Below, in pieces: positions 39,773 through 50,335 of a stretch of 64,000 nt of DNA (the first letter of the stretch is position 1; each line of letters starts with the position of its first letter). The position numbers and the translations under genes are program-made. The DNA comes from Candidatus Magasanikiibacteriota bacterium (lineage in GTDB: Bacteria > Patescibacteriota > Patescibacteriia > Magasanikbacterales > UBA922): NCBI GenBank assembly GCA_003482855.1, contig DMXO01000005.1:99719-163718 (forward strand). The letters run 5' to 3'. The notes beneath the pieces were generated by a model that was not told the origin of the DNA, did not search any database, and was given only the letters and a program-made list of their open reading frames with translations.

Positions 39773-40084
39773 GTGAGATTAAAAAATAAAATATTAGTTA
39801 AATATGGAATTCTGTTTTTGACATGTATTGGAATTTTTTTACTCATTCGTCTAACGTACATGGGTCCTATGTTGTTTGGATACGGTAGATGGGAAAAGTC
39901 CGATGAATCTATGATAGGAAAGAGGTATCACTTTGGTGAACATGCTATTGGAAAGAGTTTTTTTTCTCAAATTCCATGTTATATAATTGGAGGAGAGATT
40001 CATGAGTTTGTTGATGATGTTCCGTGTGGTGAAAATAAAGATGCGGTATGTATATATATAACCAAGTCATGCGTTCCAAAATAA
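39773..40084 (+). CDS. hypothetical secreted/membrane protein
   Basis: Intact ORF with an N-terminal hydrophobic segment. Confidence 0.3.
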   Translation: MRLKNKILVKYGILFLTCIGIFLLIRLTYMGPMLFGYGRWEKSDESMIGKRYHFGEHAIGKSFFSQIPCYIIGGEIHEFVDDVPCGENKDAVCIYITKSCVPK

Positions 40085-40124
40085 AAACCCCCTTAGTGGG
40101 AGTTTTTTATTTGTATAAATAATT

Positions 40125-40526
40125 TTATCTTCGTTGGTCTAGTATTTTATTTACCTCGGCATCAGCTTCTTTGTTATTTTCGCGCAAGGTATGGTGTATT
40201 TTTATTTTTTTGAATTGTTGAGTGAGATTCCACGCAATGACAAATAATTTTTGTAATGTTGGTTCTTTTACTTTCCACCTGCCATTTAGTTGTTCACACA
40301 CGAGTTTACTATCCATAATACATTCAACTTCGTCTGCATCTAGTTCTTTCGCTTTTTTTAGTCCAGAAATTACTGCCATGTATTCAGCATAATTATTTGT
40401 TTGCTCACCAAGATACTCGCCGTAATTGGCAATAGTCTTTCCAGTTTCATTTTTTATTACAATTCCTGTGGCGGCTGGGCCAGGATTGTTGCGTGAACCG
40501 CCGTCGGTATAAATAGTTAGTTTCAT
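40125..40526 (-). CDS. rnhA: ribonuclease HI
   Basis: MKLTIYTDGGSRNNPGPAATGIVI...NNYAEYMAVISGL is the RNase H fold with the catalytic D/E/D. The start was chosen at the internal Met to abut recJ. Confidence 0.85.
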   Translation of the reverse strand: MKLTIYTDGGSRNNPGPAATGIVIKNETGKTIANYGEYLGEQTNNYAEYMAVISGLKKAKELDADEVECIMDSKLVCEQLNGRWKVKEPTLQKLFVIAWNLTQQFKKIKIHHTLRENNKEADAEVNKILDQRR

Positions 40527-42283
40527 ATAGACTTTTTTAAGTCGACAATAGTAAGTTGTAGTTCTCGATTTCCATTCCATTCATTTATATCCATTTCGAA
40601 TACGAGATCAATTATATCACCTGGTTTCAATTCTTTACACCAGTTTGTTCCATTGTCATTACACAGACCCCATCCTATAGTTTTCCTTGTTTTTTCCCCA
40701 TTCCTTATGATAATACGCAAATGTTTATTGTCTTTGCCAACCGGTTCTAACTTGTGGATTTCAACATTTTTTGCAAGATATTTTGGTTTTTCATTTGCTT
40801 GACCGAATGGTTCAAATTTTTGTAGTATATCGTATAATCCCCAGTTTGCATCTTCCAATTGTATTTGTGCGTCTATGTGTAGGGTGGGTGTGAGATTCAT
40901 GTTGGTTGTTTTTTGTTCGAATTTTGATATAAGATTTTGTTTGAATTCTTCAAGTTTTCCTTGGACGAGTGTAAAACCGCATGCCATAGGATGCCCACCG
41001 AATTTGGTAAAGCAGTCAGGCATTGATTGGAGCGATTCTACTAGATTAAATCCTTCTATACTTCTGCCTGATCCAGTGATTTCTCCATTATTTTCAGCCA
41101 TGACTATGGCTGGTTTGTAATATTTTTCCTTCAACTTCCCGGCAATGAGGCCAACGAGCCCCGTAGACCACCCTTGTCCGAGGACAAACAACACAGGTTG
41201 TCGTATAGTTTCTAATTCAATTTGTTTTAATGCTTCTTTTACAAGAGCATCGGTTGTTTTTTGGCGGTCCTGATTATTTTTATCTAATTGATAAGCAAGT
41301 TCTGCCGCAGTTGATGCATCTTGTGTCATCATGAGATTATATGCGACGTTTGCATGATCCATGCGACCTGCAGCGTTGATGCGCGGTGCTATCTGGAAAC
41401 CAATCGTATATGTATCAAAGTCTCTTTTTTTGGTTCCGTCCTCTTGCATGAGACGCGCTTCAAGAAGGAGTTTTTGTAATCCCATACGCCGTGTCTTGTT
41501 GAGTACAATGAGTCCATAGAGCGTCAGTGTTCGTGATTCTCCTATGAGTGGTACCATATCTCCTACTGTGGCAATAGCCACCATATCGAGGAGCCATTTT
41601 TCATGAGATTCCTGTGTATCGTTATTTGGCAAGACGGAGTTTGTTTCTTTATGTTTTTTGAGAAGAGCTTGAATAAGCTTGAATGCTACACCACCACCGG
41701 CGAGCCCTTTGTCTGGATATATTTCTCCGGGAACTCCAGGGTGTATGATTGCATGAGCGGGTGGTAATAGCTCTGGAACCGTATGATGATCAGTAATAAT
41801 TACATCTATACCAAGTGCACATGCATAGGTGATTTCTTTTGTATTACTAATGCCACAATCACATGTGATAAGGAGATTTGTTTTTTTGTCTGCCAACTGT
41901 TTGACTGTGTTCATGTTCAGACCGTATCCATCTATCTCTCTGTGAGGAATAAATACCTCGTAGTTTGTATGTCCGAGAGCCTTGAGTGTAGATAATATGA
42001 TGACTGATGCAGATACACCATCCGCATCGTAGTCTCCATGCACTACAATTTTTTCTTGTTTTTTGATAGCTTCAAAAATTCGTTCAACCGCTTTTGTCAT
42101 GTCTCTGAACAAAAATGGATCATGTATGTCTTGCGAATAGTCAGGATTTAGAAATTCGTCTATTTTTTCTTGAGTCCGTATGTTTCTATGGTATAGTAAA
42201 CACGCAACTATCTTGGGGAGTTCAGGAAATTGCTCAAAAAAATCTTGCGGAGGTTCGGGGAGAAGTTCCCATTTTTTTTGCAT
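40523..42283 (-). CDS. recJ: single-stranded-DNA-specific exonuclease RecJ
   Basis: DHH motifs (VVHGDYDADGVSASVI, ITDHH) plus DHHA1 and a C-terminal OB fold. Confidence 0.9.
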   Translation of the reverse strand: MQKKWELLPEPPQDFFEQFPELPKIVACLLYHRNIRTQEKIDEFLNPDYSQDIHDPFLFRDMTKAVERIFEAIKKQEKIVVHGDYDADGVSASVIILSTLKALGHTNYEVFIPHREIDGYGLNMNTVKQLADKKTNLLITCDCGISNTKEITYACALGIDVIITDHHTVPELLPPAHAIIHPGVPGEIYPDKGLAGGGVAFKLIQALLKKHKETNSVLPNNDTQESHEKWLLDMVAIATVGDMVPLIGESRTLTLYGLIVLNKTRRMGLQKLLLEARLMQEDGTKKRDFDTYTIGFQIAPRINAAGRMDHANVAYNLMMTQDASTAAELAYQLDKNNQDRQKTTDALVKEALKQIELETIRQPVLFVLGQGWSTGLVGLIAGKLKEKYYKPAIVMAENNGEITGSGRSIEGFNLVESLQSMPDCFTKFGGHPMACGFTLVQGKLEEFKQNLISKFEQKTTNMNLTPTLHIDAQIQLEDANWGLYDILQKFEPFGQANEKPKYLAKNVEIHKLEPVGKDNKHLRIIIRNGEKTRKTIGWGLCNDNGTNWCKELKPGDIIDLVFEMDINEWNGNRELQLTIVDLKKSI

Positions 42284-42288
42284 GTATT

Positions 42289-42369
42289 TTAATAAAAAGC
42301 TGGCATGACACTAAAGAAAATCATTGCGAGCACGCCAATGATAGTAATGATAGTCCACAAGGTTTTCAT
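42289..42369 (-). CDS. candidate 26-aa hydrophobic micropeptide (MKTLWTIITIIGVLAMIFFSVMPAFY)
   Basis: Intact ATG..TAA ORF 5 nt upstream of the recJ start on the same strand, with a single TM-like helix. It is below the ORF-track cutoff. Confidence 0.25.
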   Translation of the reverse strand: MKTLWTIITIIGVLAMIFFSVMPAFY

Positions 42370-42467
42370 TTTTTTGCTTCCGTACATATACACTGATTAT
42401 ATTGATTAAAAAATAATTTCACTGATTATGTATTCTGTGTAATCTTACATAATCAGTGAAATCAGTG

Positions 42468-44255
42468 TTATCGTTTTAACACTGCCAAATATGCTTCGGT
42501 AGGTATGTCCACTTTTCCTTTACCCATTGCCATCATTTTCTTTTTTCCCTTCTTTTGTTTTTCAAGCAGTTTGTTTTTTCTTGTCACATCTCCGCCATAG
42601 AGTTTTGCAGTCACATCTTTGCGTAAGGCGGACAATCGTTCTGCTGCCACTACTTTTCCTCCAATTGCCGCTTGAATTTTTATCACGAATTGTTGTTTGG
42701 GCAAAGAGTCTTTGAGCGAGTTAACAATTGTTTTGCCAACTTTATGGGCATCTTCTTCCCACACAAGCGTAGCTAGTGACTCTGCTTTTTCATCGGCAAC
42801 GAGAATGTCGAGACGCACGACTTTTGTTTTTTCATATTCTTTTAATTCATAATTGAGCGACGCGTAGCCACTGGTAACAGTCTTCAATTTATCATAGAAG
42901 TCAGTGATAATTGACGCAAGGGGCATTTCATAATGAAGCATGGCTCGTTGATGGCTGCCCGCGCTCAAATATTCAGTATTTTTGTATCGTCCTTTTTTTT
43001 CTGCGATAAGTCCCATTACGTTTCCAATAAAATCTTCCGGCGTAACAATATCAACAGTCATCCAAGGTTCTTCTACGAGTGAGATGCTACTTGGTTCAGG
43101 TAGGTCTTGAGGACTTTTTACAATAAGCTCTTGTCCATTTGTTTTTTTTACTCGATAAGCAACACTGGGCACGGTCACAATGATATGAAGGCCAAATTCA
43201 CGTTTAAGACGCTCCTGAAAAATATCAAGATGGAGCATACCCAGAAATCCGCATCGAAATCCAAAACCGAGTGCTTGAGAATGTTCAGGTTCAAAAAAGA
43301 GTGATGAATCGCTCAATTTTAATTTTTCAATTGCATCTCGCAGGGCAGAGTAGTCATCTCCTTCTTTGGGAAAAATTCCCGCGAATACCATTGGTTTAAT
43401 ATCTTTGTAACCATGCAAGGCTTCGAGTGCTGGATTATCTTTTAGGGTAACCGTATCACCAACACGCACATCAGATAATTCTTTAAGTCCACTTACCACA
43501 TATCCGATTTGTCCATTTCCGAGCGTTGGACCAGACATGAGTTTGGGTGAGAAATGTCCAAGGTCGAGAACTTCCGCTGTTGCGCGTGTTTTCATAAATT
43601 GAATTTTGTCTCCTTTTTTTAATTCCCCATCAAGAACACGTATGGATGCGACAACTCCACGATAATCATCATAAAAAGAATCAAATACCAACGCACGAAG
43701 GGGTTCCTGTGCTGTTTGTTTGGGTGGAGGAACCCTTTGTATAATTTCTTCTAGCAGTTTATCTACACCCTCTCCTGTTTTTCCTGAACAATGCAAAATG
43801 TCTTCGCGTTTGCACCCAAGAAGATGAATAATTTCATCAGTTGTTTTTTCAATATCTGCATTGGGTAAATCTATTTTATTGAGAACAGGAACAATAGTAA
43901 GATCTTGTTCGACTGCTAAATACAAATTACCAATTGTTTGTGCTTGTACGCCCTGTGTTGCATCAACAAGGAGGATTGCCCCTTCGACAGCGGCAAGTGA
44001 GCGAGATACTTCATAGGTAAAATCCACATGGCCTGGAGTATCGATGAGATTTAGGGTGTGGTCTTTGTATTTCATCCTTACCGGTTGGAGTTTGATAGTA
44101 ATACCACGCTCTCTCTCTAGATCCATTTGATCAAGCAACTGCTCTTTCATTTTCCTTTTTTCGACAGTCCCTGTTAATTCCAAAAAACGGTCGGCCAGTG
44201 TCGATTTTCCATGATCTATGTGAGCGATAATACAGAAGTTTCTTATAAAGTTCAT
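42468..44255 (-). CDS. lepA: translation elongation factor 4
   Basis: IRNFCIIAHIDHGKSTLADR and the LepA-specific C-terminal domain. Confidence 0.95.
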   Translation of the reverse strand: MNFIRNFCIIAHIDHGKSTLADRFLELTGTVEKRKMKEQLLDQMDLERERGITIKLQPVRMKYKDHTLNLIDTPGHVDFTYEVSRSLAAVEGAILLVDATQGVQAQTIGNLYLAVEQDLTIVPVLNKIDLPNADIEKTTDEIIHLLGCKREDILHCSGKTGEGVDKLLEEIIQRVPPPKQTAQEPLRALVFDSFYDDYRGVVASIRVLDGELKKGDKIQFMKTRATAEVLDLGHFSPKLMSGPTLGNGQIGYVVSGLKELSDVRVGDTVTLKDNPALEALHGYKDIKPMVFAGIFPKEGDDYSALRDAIEKLKLSDSSLFFEPEHSQALGFGFRCGFLGMLHLDIFQERLKREFGLHIIVTVPSVAYRVKKTNGQELIVKSPQDLPEPSSISLVEEPWMTVDIVTPEDFIGNVMGLIAEKKGRYKNTEYLSAGSHQRAMLHYEMPLASIITDFYDKLKTVTSGYASLNYELKEYEKTKVVRLDILVADEKAESLATLVWEEDAHKVGKTIVNSLKDSLPKQQFVIKIQAAIGGKVVAAERLSALRKDVTAKLYGGDVTRKNKLLEKQKKGKKKMMAMGKGKVDIPTEAYLAVLKR

Positions 44256-45865
44256 ACATTGTCTGGTTTTTCAATTTCTCCTTGTATATGGCGTAGTTTA
44301 AGCCATCTTTTTCTGAGACTTTCTTGAAAAAGCCTCATCTCGCGAAGTTTGAGTTGGTTGCAGATAAATCCATATACTAGGAGACCAATTGTACCAGATA
44401 CAGTACCTTGTATCAATATGCCCCAAAATTTTTGCATATTGACGATGTGTGATATGGGGTATTTGAGTAATTGGATAGCGCATGCCATAAAGAGAGCCGC
44501 TATAGAAATTTTGAGGGCAGTGACAATGACGTCTTTTTCTTGCAGGGTGCCTATTTTTTGGCGGAGGAAGATCCAGAGGAATGCAATTTGTATAATCATG
44601 CTCATGGAGTATGAGATGACTAGACCACTGATGTTTAGAGTACGTACGAAATACAGAGCAAGTATGATATTGACGCCCGTACTTATCATCCCGATGATGA
44701 AAGGTGTCCATGTGTCTTGGAGTGCATAAAAACTTCGTGCAAGAAGTGGAATAAGTGATTGGGCAAACAGGGAGACGGAAAAGAAAGCCAATGCGTCAGC
44801 TGTGAGTATGGTTGCATTCCAATCAAATTCGCCAGTGCCCAAGACAACGCGGACGATTTGAGCACGCAAGAGGAGAAAGATAATGGTGAGAGGGATAATC
44901 AAAAACAAGATTTGTTTTGTTGCATGTGCTATTTGTCTGCCCATATTTTCCATATCGCGTTTGGCTGCAAGCTGAGCAAGTGTTGGAAATATAGCAATAC
45001 CAAATGAGACGCCAATTATCCCTGATGGTACTGATTGCAGATTGTCTGCAAAGGTAAAAATGGCGAGGCTACCGGAGGCTAGAGTAGATGATATAGCCGT
45101 AATGGCGAGGAAATTTATTTGTCGTGTAGCCATCCCGAGCGTACGCGGGATCATGAGCGCGCCAATTTTACGTACATGTTTATTTTTCCATAGGAGAAGT
45201 CCTTGGTATCGAAATCCGTGTTGAATAAATGAAGGTACCTGTATAAGGAGATGAAGCAACGCCCCAAAGACAACACCATACGCCAGACCTGCTATACCCC
45301 ATAAAGGCACAAATATGGTGATACCGAGGATAATACCTAGATTATACATGATGGGGGTAAGGGAATAGATAAGGAAAGATTTGAAACTTTGGAGTACTCC
45401 GCTCATGACACTGCTAATGCCTAGTAAAATAGGACTAATAAACATGATGCGTGTGAGGTTTACTGTCGTGTCAAATTTGTTTCCCTCAAATCCAGGGACG
45501 AGCATGTGCATTATTTCAGGCGCGAACCATATGAGTATGCTGCATATGATGACAAGAAGTATGCCCAGTATATTGATGATAGCATTGGTGACTCGCCATG
45601 CTTCATCTTTGTCTTTGTGTAGTAATTCTACAAAGATGGGTATAAAACCAGCAGAGAGCGCACCAACAATGAGCAAATTGTATACGAGATCTGGAATTTT
45701 GAATGCTGCATAGTATGCATCCATAATATCACTGGCACCGAAATGGTGAGCGAGTAGACGGTCGCGTATCATGCCAATAATGCGGCTCACAAAAGACGCA
45801 GCACCTATAATAATTGCTGCGCCAGTGATGGTATGAGATTGTCGGTTGAGTAAATTACGGATCAT
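44252..45865 (-). CDS. murJ: lipid II flippase MurJ
   Basis: A 14-TM MOP-family protein with the MviN/MurJ N-terminal pattern (RDRLLAHHFGASDIMDAYYAAFKIPDLVYNLL). Confidence 0.85.
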   Translation of the reverse strand: MIRNLLNRQSHTITGAAIIIGAASFVSRIIGMIRDRLLAHHFGASDIMDAYYAAFKIPDLVYNLLIVGALSAGFIPIFVELLHKDKDEAWRVTNAIINILGILLVIICSILIWFAPEIMHMLVPGFEGNKFDTTVNLTRIMFISPILLGISSVMSGVLQSFKSFLIYSLTPIMYNLGIILGITIFVPLWGIAGLAYGVVFGALLHLLIQVPSFIQHGFRYQGLLLWKNKHVRKIGALMIPRTLGMATRQINFLAITAISSTLASGSLAIFTFADNLQSVPSGIIGVSFGIAIFPTLAQLAAKRDMENMGRQIAHATKQILFLIIPLTIIFLLLRAQIVRVVLGTGEFDWNATILTADALAFFSVSLFAQSLIPLLARSFYALQDTWTPFIIGMISTGVNIILALYFVRTLNISGLVISYSMSMIIQIAFLWIFLRQKIGTLQEKDVIVTALKISIAALFMACAIQLLKYPISHIVNMQKFWGILIQGTVSGTIGLLVYGFICNQLKLREMRLFQESLRKRWLKLRHIQGEIEKPDNV

Positions 45866-45874
45866 GTATATTGA

Positions 45875-46795
45875 TTAAAACCATCTCCTTTTTTTCATGA
45901 CAAAAATAATGAGTAAGATGATTGCGGCCAGACCAATAAACATACTCCATACTGCCCAAGGGTGCTCTGAATAGGGGAGGTTGATAATATTCATACCGTA
46001 TATACCAGACAACAAAGTGAGTGGAAGTAGAGATACCGATATGACCGTGAGTGCCCCGATTACTTTATTTGTTTTTTGGTTGATGAGAGATTCGACCGTG
46101 AGATGAAGTCCGTCGATCGTTTCTTTGTATGTATCAGCAATGATCCATAATTTATCCAGATAGTCTTTTATATTGTCGAAATAAATGCTAAGACTTTCAT
46201 CAAGAAAAAGTTTCCGTGTGTGGGACAACGTAGACATGATATATCGTTGTGGATCCAGTATACGACGATAGTTCAATACATTGCGTCTATGTAAGGCAAG
46301 ATGCCTAATTGCTCGGGCGTCTTGGTCTGTAGTGAAGATTTCGTTTTCCATGTCTGATATTTGTCTTCCTATATTTTCAAGGGTTGGCCGTGCTTGGCTG
46401 TATAGCGCCTCGAGTAATTTGTATAGGAGGTAACCCGGGCTTTGTGTCATCCATTCAGCTTTTATCTTTCTATTATTCATGCAACGATAAAAAAAATTTT
46501 TAATTTCTTTATTTTTGCCATGTTGGACAGTGACAAGATAATTTTCTCCTACGAATATATCAATTTCTTGCGAAATTATTTTTTTGCCTCCCTCTTTCCA
46601 TTGGGGCAGGAGAAAAACTAAAAAAAGATAGTTTTTATAAACATCTAACTTCGGATTTTGATTCTCACTTTGTATATCTTCTATGTCGAGTTGATGAAAT
46701 TTGTAGTGTTTTTTAAGATACGTGATTGATTCTTCATTCACTCTGTTTATGTTTATCCATGTGATATTGTCTTGCCTTATTTCTTTTATTGACAT
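45875..46795 (-). CDS. corA: CorA-family divalent-cation transporter
   Basis: Two C-terminal TM helices with the GMN motif (IYGMNIINLPYSEHPW). Confidence 0.8.
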   Translation of the reverse strand: MSIKEIRQDNITWININRVNEESITYLKKHYKFHQLDIEDIQSENQNPKLDVYKNYLFLVFLLPQWKEGGKKIISQEIDIFVGENYLVTVQHGKNKEIKNFFYRCMNNRKIKAEWMTQSPGYLLYKLLEALYSQARPTLENIGRQISDMENEIFTTDQDARAIRHLALHRRNVLNYRRILDPQRYIMSTLSHTRKLFLDESLSIYFDNIKDYLDKLWIIADTYKETIDGLHLTVESLINQKTNKVIGALTVISVSLLPLTLLSGIYGMNIINLPYSEHPWAVWSMFIGLAAIILLIIFVMKKRRWF

Positions 46796-46822
46796 ACGTG
46801 TTGAGTTATGAAGTAATGTCTA

Positions 46823-47497
46823 TTATTCAATAGGTATATTAATAGTGAATGACACGTAATCTGTCTTTGGTGTTTCTGGATCATCCATAGTATAAAAAAC
46901 ACCGTCTATGTCCCCATCTTCTTTTTTAAATGTAAATTGTATAATATGTTTATTTATACTTTGCATCCCAATAATGAATCCTTTTTTTCTGAGTTCAGTA
47001 TCATAATATTCAAGAACGAATTTTTGACTTGCAGGTAGATCAAGCCATTCTATTTGAAATACATCGCGTTGGTCTGTGATAGGATCAGTCATGAATGCAA
47101 TGAATTTTTCCCATTTTGTCATCTCTCGTTCGGTAATAGTGCGTGGTATGTATTTGAAATCTTTATCAAAGTGTATAACAAAGGGCGATAGGATTAATTT
47201 GGGCAAGTAGGCTGCCAATTCGACTTGTTTACTGCGTTCTTTGCCCGACGTATGGGTAATTTTTTCGATATTATCCACGTCATATACAGGCACTATGTTA
47301 GTGAACGTGGTTGGCAAGTCTTTGACTTCTTTTGTTCGGGGTCCTATGGCAAATCGTAATAGCAAAAGTGAAATAACAAATAAAATGAAAAAACAACCAC
47401 ACCCGGTAATACAGGTACGTTTTAGACAAGATCGTTTTTTATTGAGCTCTTCTAATGGTGGCTCTTTTATTTCTATTTTATCAATTTCTTGACGCAT
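46823..47497 (-). CDS. hypothetical membrane-anchored protein
   Basis: Intact ORF with a single N-terminal TM. Confidence 0.35.
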   Translation of the reverse strand: MRQEIDKIEIKEPPLEELNKKRSCLKRTCITGCGCFFILFVISLLLLRFAIGPRTKEVKDLPTTFTNIVPVYDVDNIEKITHTSGKERSKQVELAAYLPKLILSPFVIHFDKDFKYIPRTITEREMTKWEKFIAFMTDPITDQRDVFQIEWLDLPASQKFVLEYYDTELRKKGFIIGMQSINKHIIQFTFKKEDGDIDGVFYTMDDPETPKTDYVSFTINIPIE

Positions 47498-47720
47498 AGT
47501 TGATGGGGATAGTATATCAAAGTAGGGTGTATTTGTACAGTTTTATAACAGATAGAATGTTTGTGCACATTATAGTTGTATATATGTAATAGATGATACA
47601 TTATAATTGATAAGGTTTTTATCATTTATCATTTATTATTTATCTCGACCTTCCTTTTTGACCTTTTTCGATGCGTTGTTTTGTGTTATACTGCATACAA
47701 AGTAATAAATATAATTATGT

Positions 47721-49073
47721 ATGCATATACAATTTTGTGGTGCGAATAGAGGAGTCACGGGATCCTGCCATTTGTTTGATACGGGTACCAAGAAAATTTT
47801 GGTAGATTGTGGCATGTTTCAAGGGGGAGATTTCAATGAAGGGCGGAATCATGACGATTTTCCATTTGATCCGAAGGAAATTGATGTATTGCTTGTCACT
47901 CATGCACATCTGGATCACGTAGGTCGTATCCCAAAGCTCATCAGGGACGGATTTACTGGGTATATTTATATGACCCATGCCACAGGTGAATTGGCTCCTC
48001 TCATATGGGAGGACGCTTACCAGATCATGGCGTACGACAATAGGAAGTTTGGGTACCCCGTGTTATTTGATGAACAAGATATTGCTGTGGCAAAATCGCG
48101 ATGCAAAGGTGTTGATTATCATGCGCCTCTCGATTTGGGTGGAAATATCTCCGCTGTGTGGAAAGATGCGGGGCATATTTTTGGTTCAGCGTTTATCGAA
48201 GTATCAGCAGGCAATATGGTGGTAGGTTTTTCAGGGGATATTGGCAATGAAGATGTCCCTATTTTGAAAGATACCGAGTCATTGGGGGATGTTGATGTAT
48301 TGCTCTGCGAATCAACGTATGGCAATCGTATACATGAAGATATTGATACGCGTCGTCAAATTATTTTGAATCTTATCAAAGATGGTGTACAAAGGGGCGG
48401 CACTATTATGATACCAGCTTTCTCACTTGAACGTACCCAAGAATTTCTGTATGAGCTCAATAAATTGAGTGAATATGATGAGACACTTCCCAATATTCCT
48501 ATCTTTTTGGACAGTCCACTCGCTATAGATGCCACCAAAGTATATAAGAAATATCCGGATTATTACGATGTAGAAGCCTCTCGTCTCCATAGCGCAGGTG
48601 ATGACTTTTTGGATTTTTCTCAATTACATACGACATATACCAAATTGGAATCCCAACAGATAAATCGTATCCCTGGCCCCAAACTGGTAATGGCAGGAGC
48701 AGGCATGATGAACGGCGGACGCATTTTACATCATGCGTCACGCTATTTGAGTGATTCCAACTCTACGCTTATCATTGTTGGATATCAAGCTGAGGGTACA
48801 CTCGGTCGGAAATTATATGAAGGAGCTCGACATGTGAAAGTTATGAATCAAGAAGTAGATGTGCACTGTATGGTGAAAGCGATTGGGGCATTGTCAGCGC
48901 ATGGTGATCAAAGGAAATTGTTGAAATGGGTTGGGTCTGCGAAGAAAGCACCAAAACAAGTGTACTGTGTTCACGGCGAACCTGTAGCTGCTACCGAACT
49001 TGCTCATAGAATCAAAGACCAATATAAAGCTGAGACATTTGTACCGGAATATCTTGAAAAGATTGAAATATGA
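47721..49073 (+). CDS. MBL-fold beta-CASP family ribonuclease (CPSF/Ysh1-like)
   Basis: LVTHAHLDHVGRIP (HxHxDH) with beta-CASP and RMMBL-like C-terminal motifs. Confidence 0.7.
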   Translation: MHIQFCGANRGVTGSCHLFDTGTKKILVDCGMFQGGDFNEGRNHDDFPFDPKEIDVLLVTHAHLDHVGRIPKLIRDGFTGYIYMTHATGELAPLIWEDAYQIMAYDNRKFGYPVLFDEQDIAVAKSRCKGVDYHAPLDLGGNISAVWKDAGHIFGSAFIEVSAGNMVVGFSGDIGNEDVPILKDTESLGDVDVLLCESTYGNRIHEDIDTRRQIILNLIKDGVQRGGTIMIPAFSLERTQEFLYELNKLSEYDETLPNIPIFLDSPLAIDATKVYKKYPDYYDVEASRLHSAGDDFLDFSQLHTTYTKLESQQINRIPGPKLVMAGAGMMNGGRILHHASRYLSDSNSTLIIVGYQAEGTLGRKLYEGARHVKVMNQEVDVHCMVKAIGALSAHGDQRKLLKWVGSAKKAPKQVYCVHGEPVAATELAHRIKDQYKAETFVPEYLEKIEI

Positions 49074-49207
49074 TAAAATTATAAATGATGAATGCAAAAT
49101 GATGAGTAAAAATAAAGATTTAAGATCCAAAATGATAAATGATATATGATAAATTTTTATCACTTATCATCTATCTTATTCATTGTTTGTTTCAGTAGTT
49201 TTCTTTT

Positions 49208-49969
49208 ATGAAAAATATATTGTTAGTAATGAGTTTATTCTTGCTTACGCCAGGTATTTTAAAAGCAGAAATTATTGACTCTGATAATGATGGTCTTTCT
49301 GATGCAGACGAAGCACTTTATTATACGGACTCAAATAATCCAGATACAGACGGAGATACATATACAGATGGTATAGAGGTAAAACATGGTTATTCACCAC
49401 ATGCAGGACCAGGTGTGCAGATGCATCAGTATGATTATGACAAAGATAAACTCGACGATTGGTTGGAGGGATGGTTTCATGCTGACAGAGGAAAAGGGGA
49501 TACTGATGGGGATGGCGATAGCGACTTCGATGAAGTGATGCGCGGGTATAGTCCTTCGGAGAAAAACGGAGAGAGTAAATTTCGTCGCTGGATAGAAGTT
49601 GATTTGCCAAAACAAAGACTTTATTATTTTGTAGATCGTGTAAAAATTTTGAATCTTCCTGTATCAACCGGAAATCCTGGGACAGAAACACCGGATGGTA
49701 TGTTTGAGATCATGAATAAAATTCCTGTCAAACGATATACTGGCGTTGGGTATGATCTCCCCGATGTGAAATGGAATATGGAATTCAAAAAGGGTGGCTA
49801 TTATATACATGGATCTTATTGGCATAATGATTTTGGTCTGAGGACACATTCTCATGGATGTATAAATATGCGTACCGAAGATGCAGGGCTTTTATATATG
49901 TATACAGATGTTGGTATGCCGGTACATATTACGGGGGAGACACCAAAAAAGAGAAATGTGGGGACATAA
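49208..49969 (+). CDS. L,D-transpeptidase (YkuD domain) with N-terminal Ca-binding DxDxDG repeats
   Basis: Signal peptide, DSDNDGLSDADE/DTDGDTYTDG repeats, and a catalytic HGSYWHNDFGLRTHSHGCINM. Confidence 0.75.
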   Translation: MKNILLVMSLFLLTPGILKAEIIDSDNDGLSDADEALYYTDSNNPDTDGDTYTDGIEVKHGYSPHAGPGVQMHQYDYDKDKLDDWLEGWFHADRGKGDTDGDGDSDFDEVMRGYSPSEKNGESKFRRWIEVDLPKQRLYYFVDRVKILNLPVSTGNPGTETPDGMFEIMNKIPVKRYTGVGYDLPDVKWNMEFKKGGYYIHGSYWHNDFGLRTHSHGCINMRTEDAGLLYMYTDVGMPVHITGETPKKRNVGT

Positions 49970-50099
49970 AAGATATTGGATAAAAAATATTGAGATATTA
50001 AGATATTAAAAAGGAATTATAGTTTAAGAAGAGATTTTTTAATAAAAAATTCACCTTCACGGTGGATTTTGTTTTTTAGTTTTTTTTATGAAGATACTC

Positions 50100-50335
50100 A
50101 AGAGAATGGAATGGGCGCCGCGTGGGAGAACTCGTACAAACGTCGAGGAAGGAGGGTGCTCGAGTTCGTTCGGTTCTCACCCACGCGGCGTCCCATATAT
50201 GACTGAAAATGTGCGGCGGCCACCGCGTCTGGCTACCACACGGTAGCCATTTTCCCCGGTTCGCTACGTCCTTCACCCGCCCAGCACCCGCTGGGCAAGA
50301 ATAGTTTCACCGTTAGCTGTAGCCGCCGCACCGAT
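50100..50335. ncRNA. unclassified GC-rich highly structured element (candidate ncRNA)
   Basis: About 65% GC in a ~35% GC context. It contains GGGCGCCGCGTGGGAGAAC...GTTCTCACCCACGCGGCGTCCC (a long stem), GTGCGGCGGC...GCCGCCGCAC (a 10-bp perfect stem spanning 120 nt), GGCTACC-acac-GGTAGCC and CCCAGC-accc-GCTGGG hairpins. No credible ORF is present. Confidence 0.4.

Noticed and set aside
50076-50276. 66-aa minus-strand ORF and a ~52-aa plus-strand ORF within the 50-kb GC island
   Set aside because: They have an Arg/Pro/Trp-rich composition from GC-rich sequence, no RBS, and overlap the strongly base-paired stems. An RNA or non-coding role is more plausible.
50100-50335. GC-rich island as RNase P RNA, tmRNA, 5S rRNA or 6S RNA
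   Set aside because: It is too short for RNase P and tmRNA. The GGAAAGUCCGG/ACAGARA (RNase P), GGGG...CCACCA (tmRNA) and CCGAAC/GAUGGUAGU/GAGAGUAGG (5S) signatures are absent. Its two-domain fold is unlike the single long 6S hairpin. It is left unclassified.
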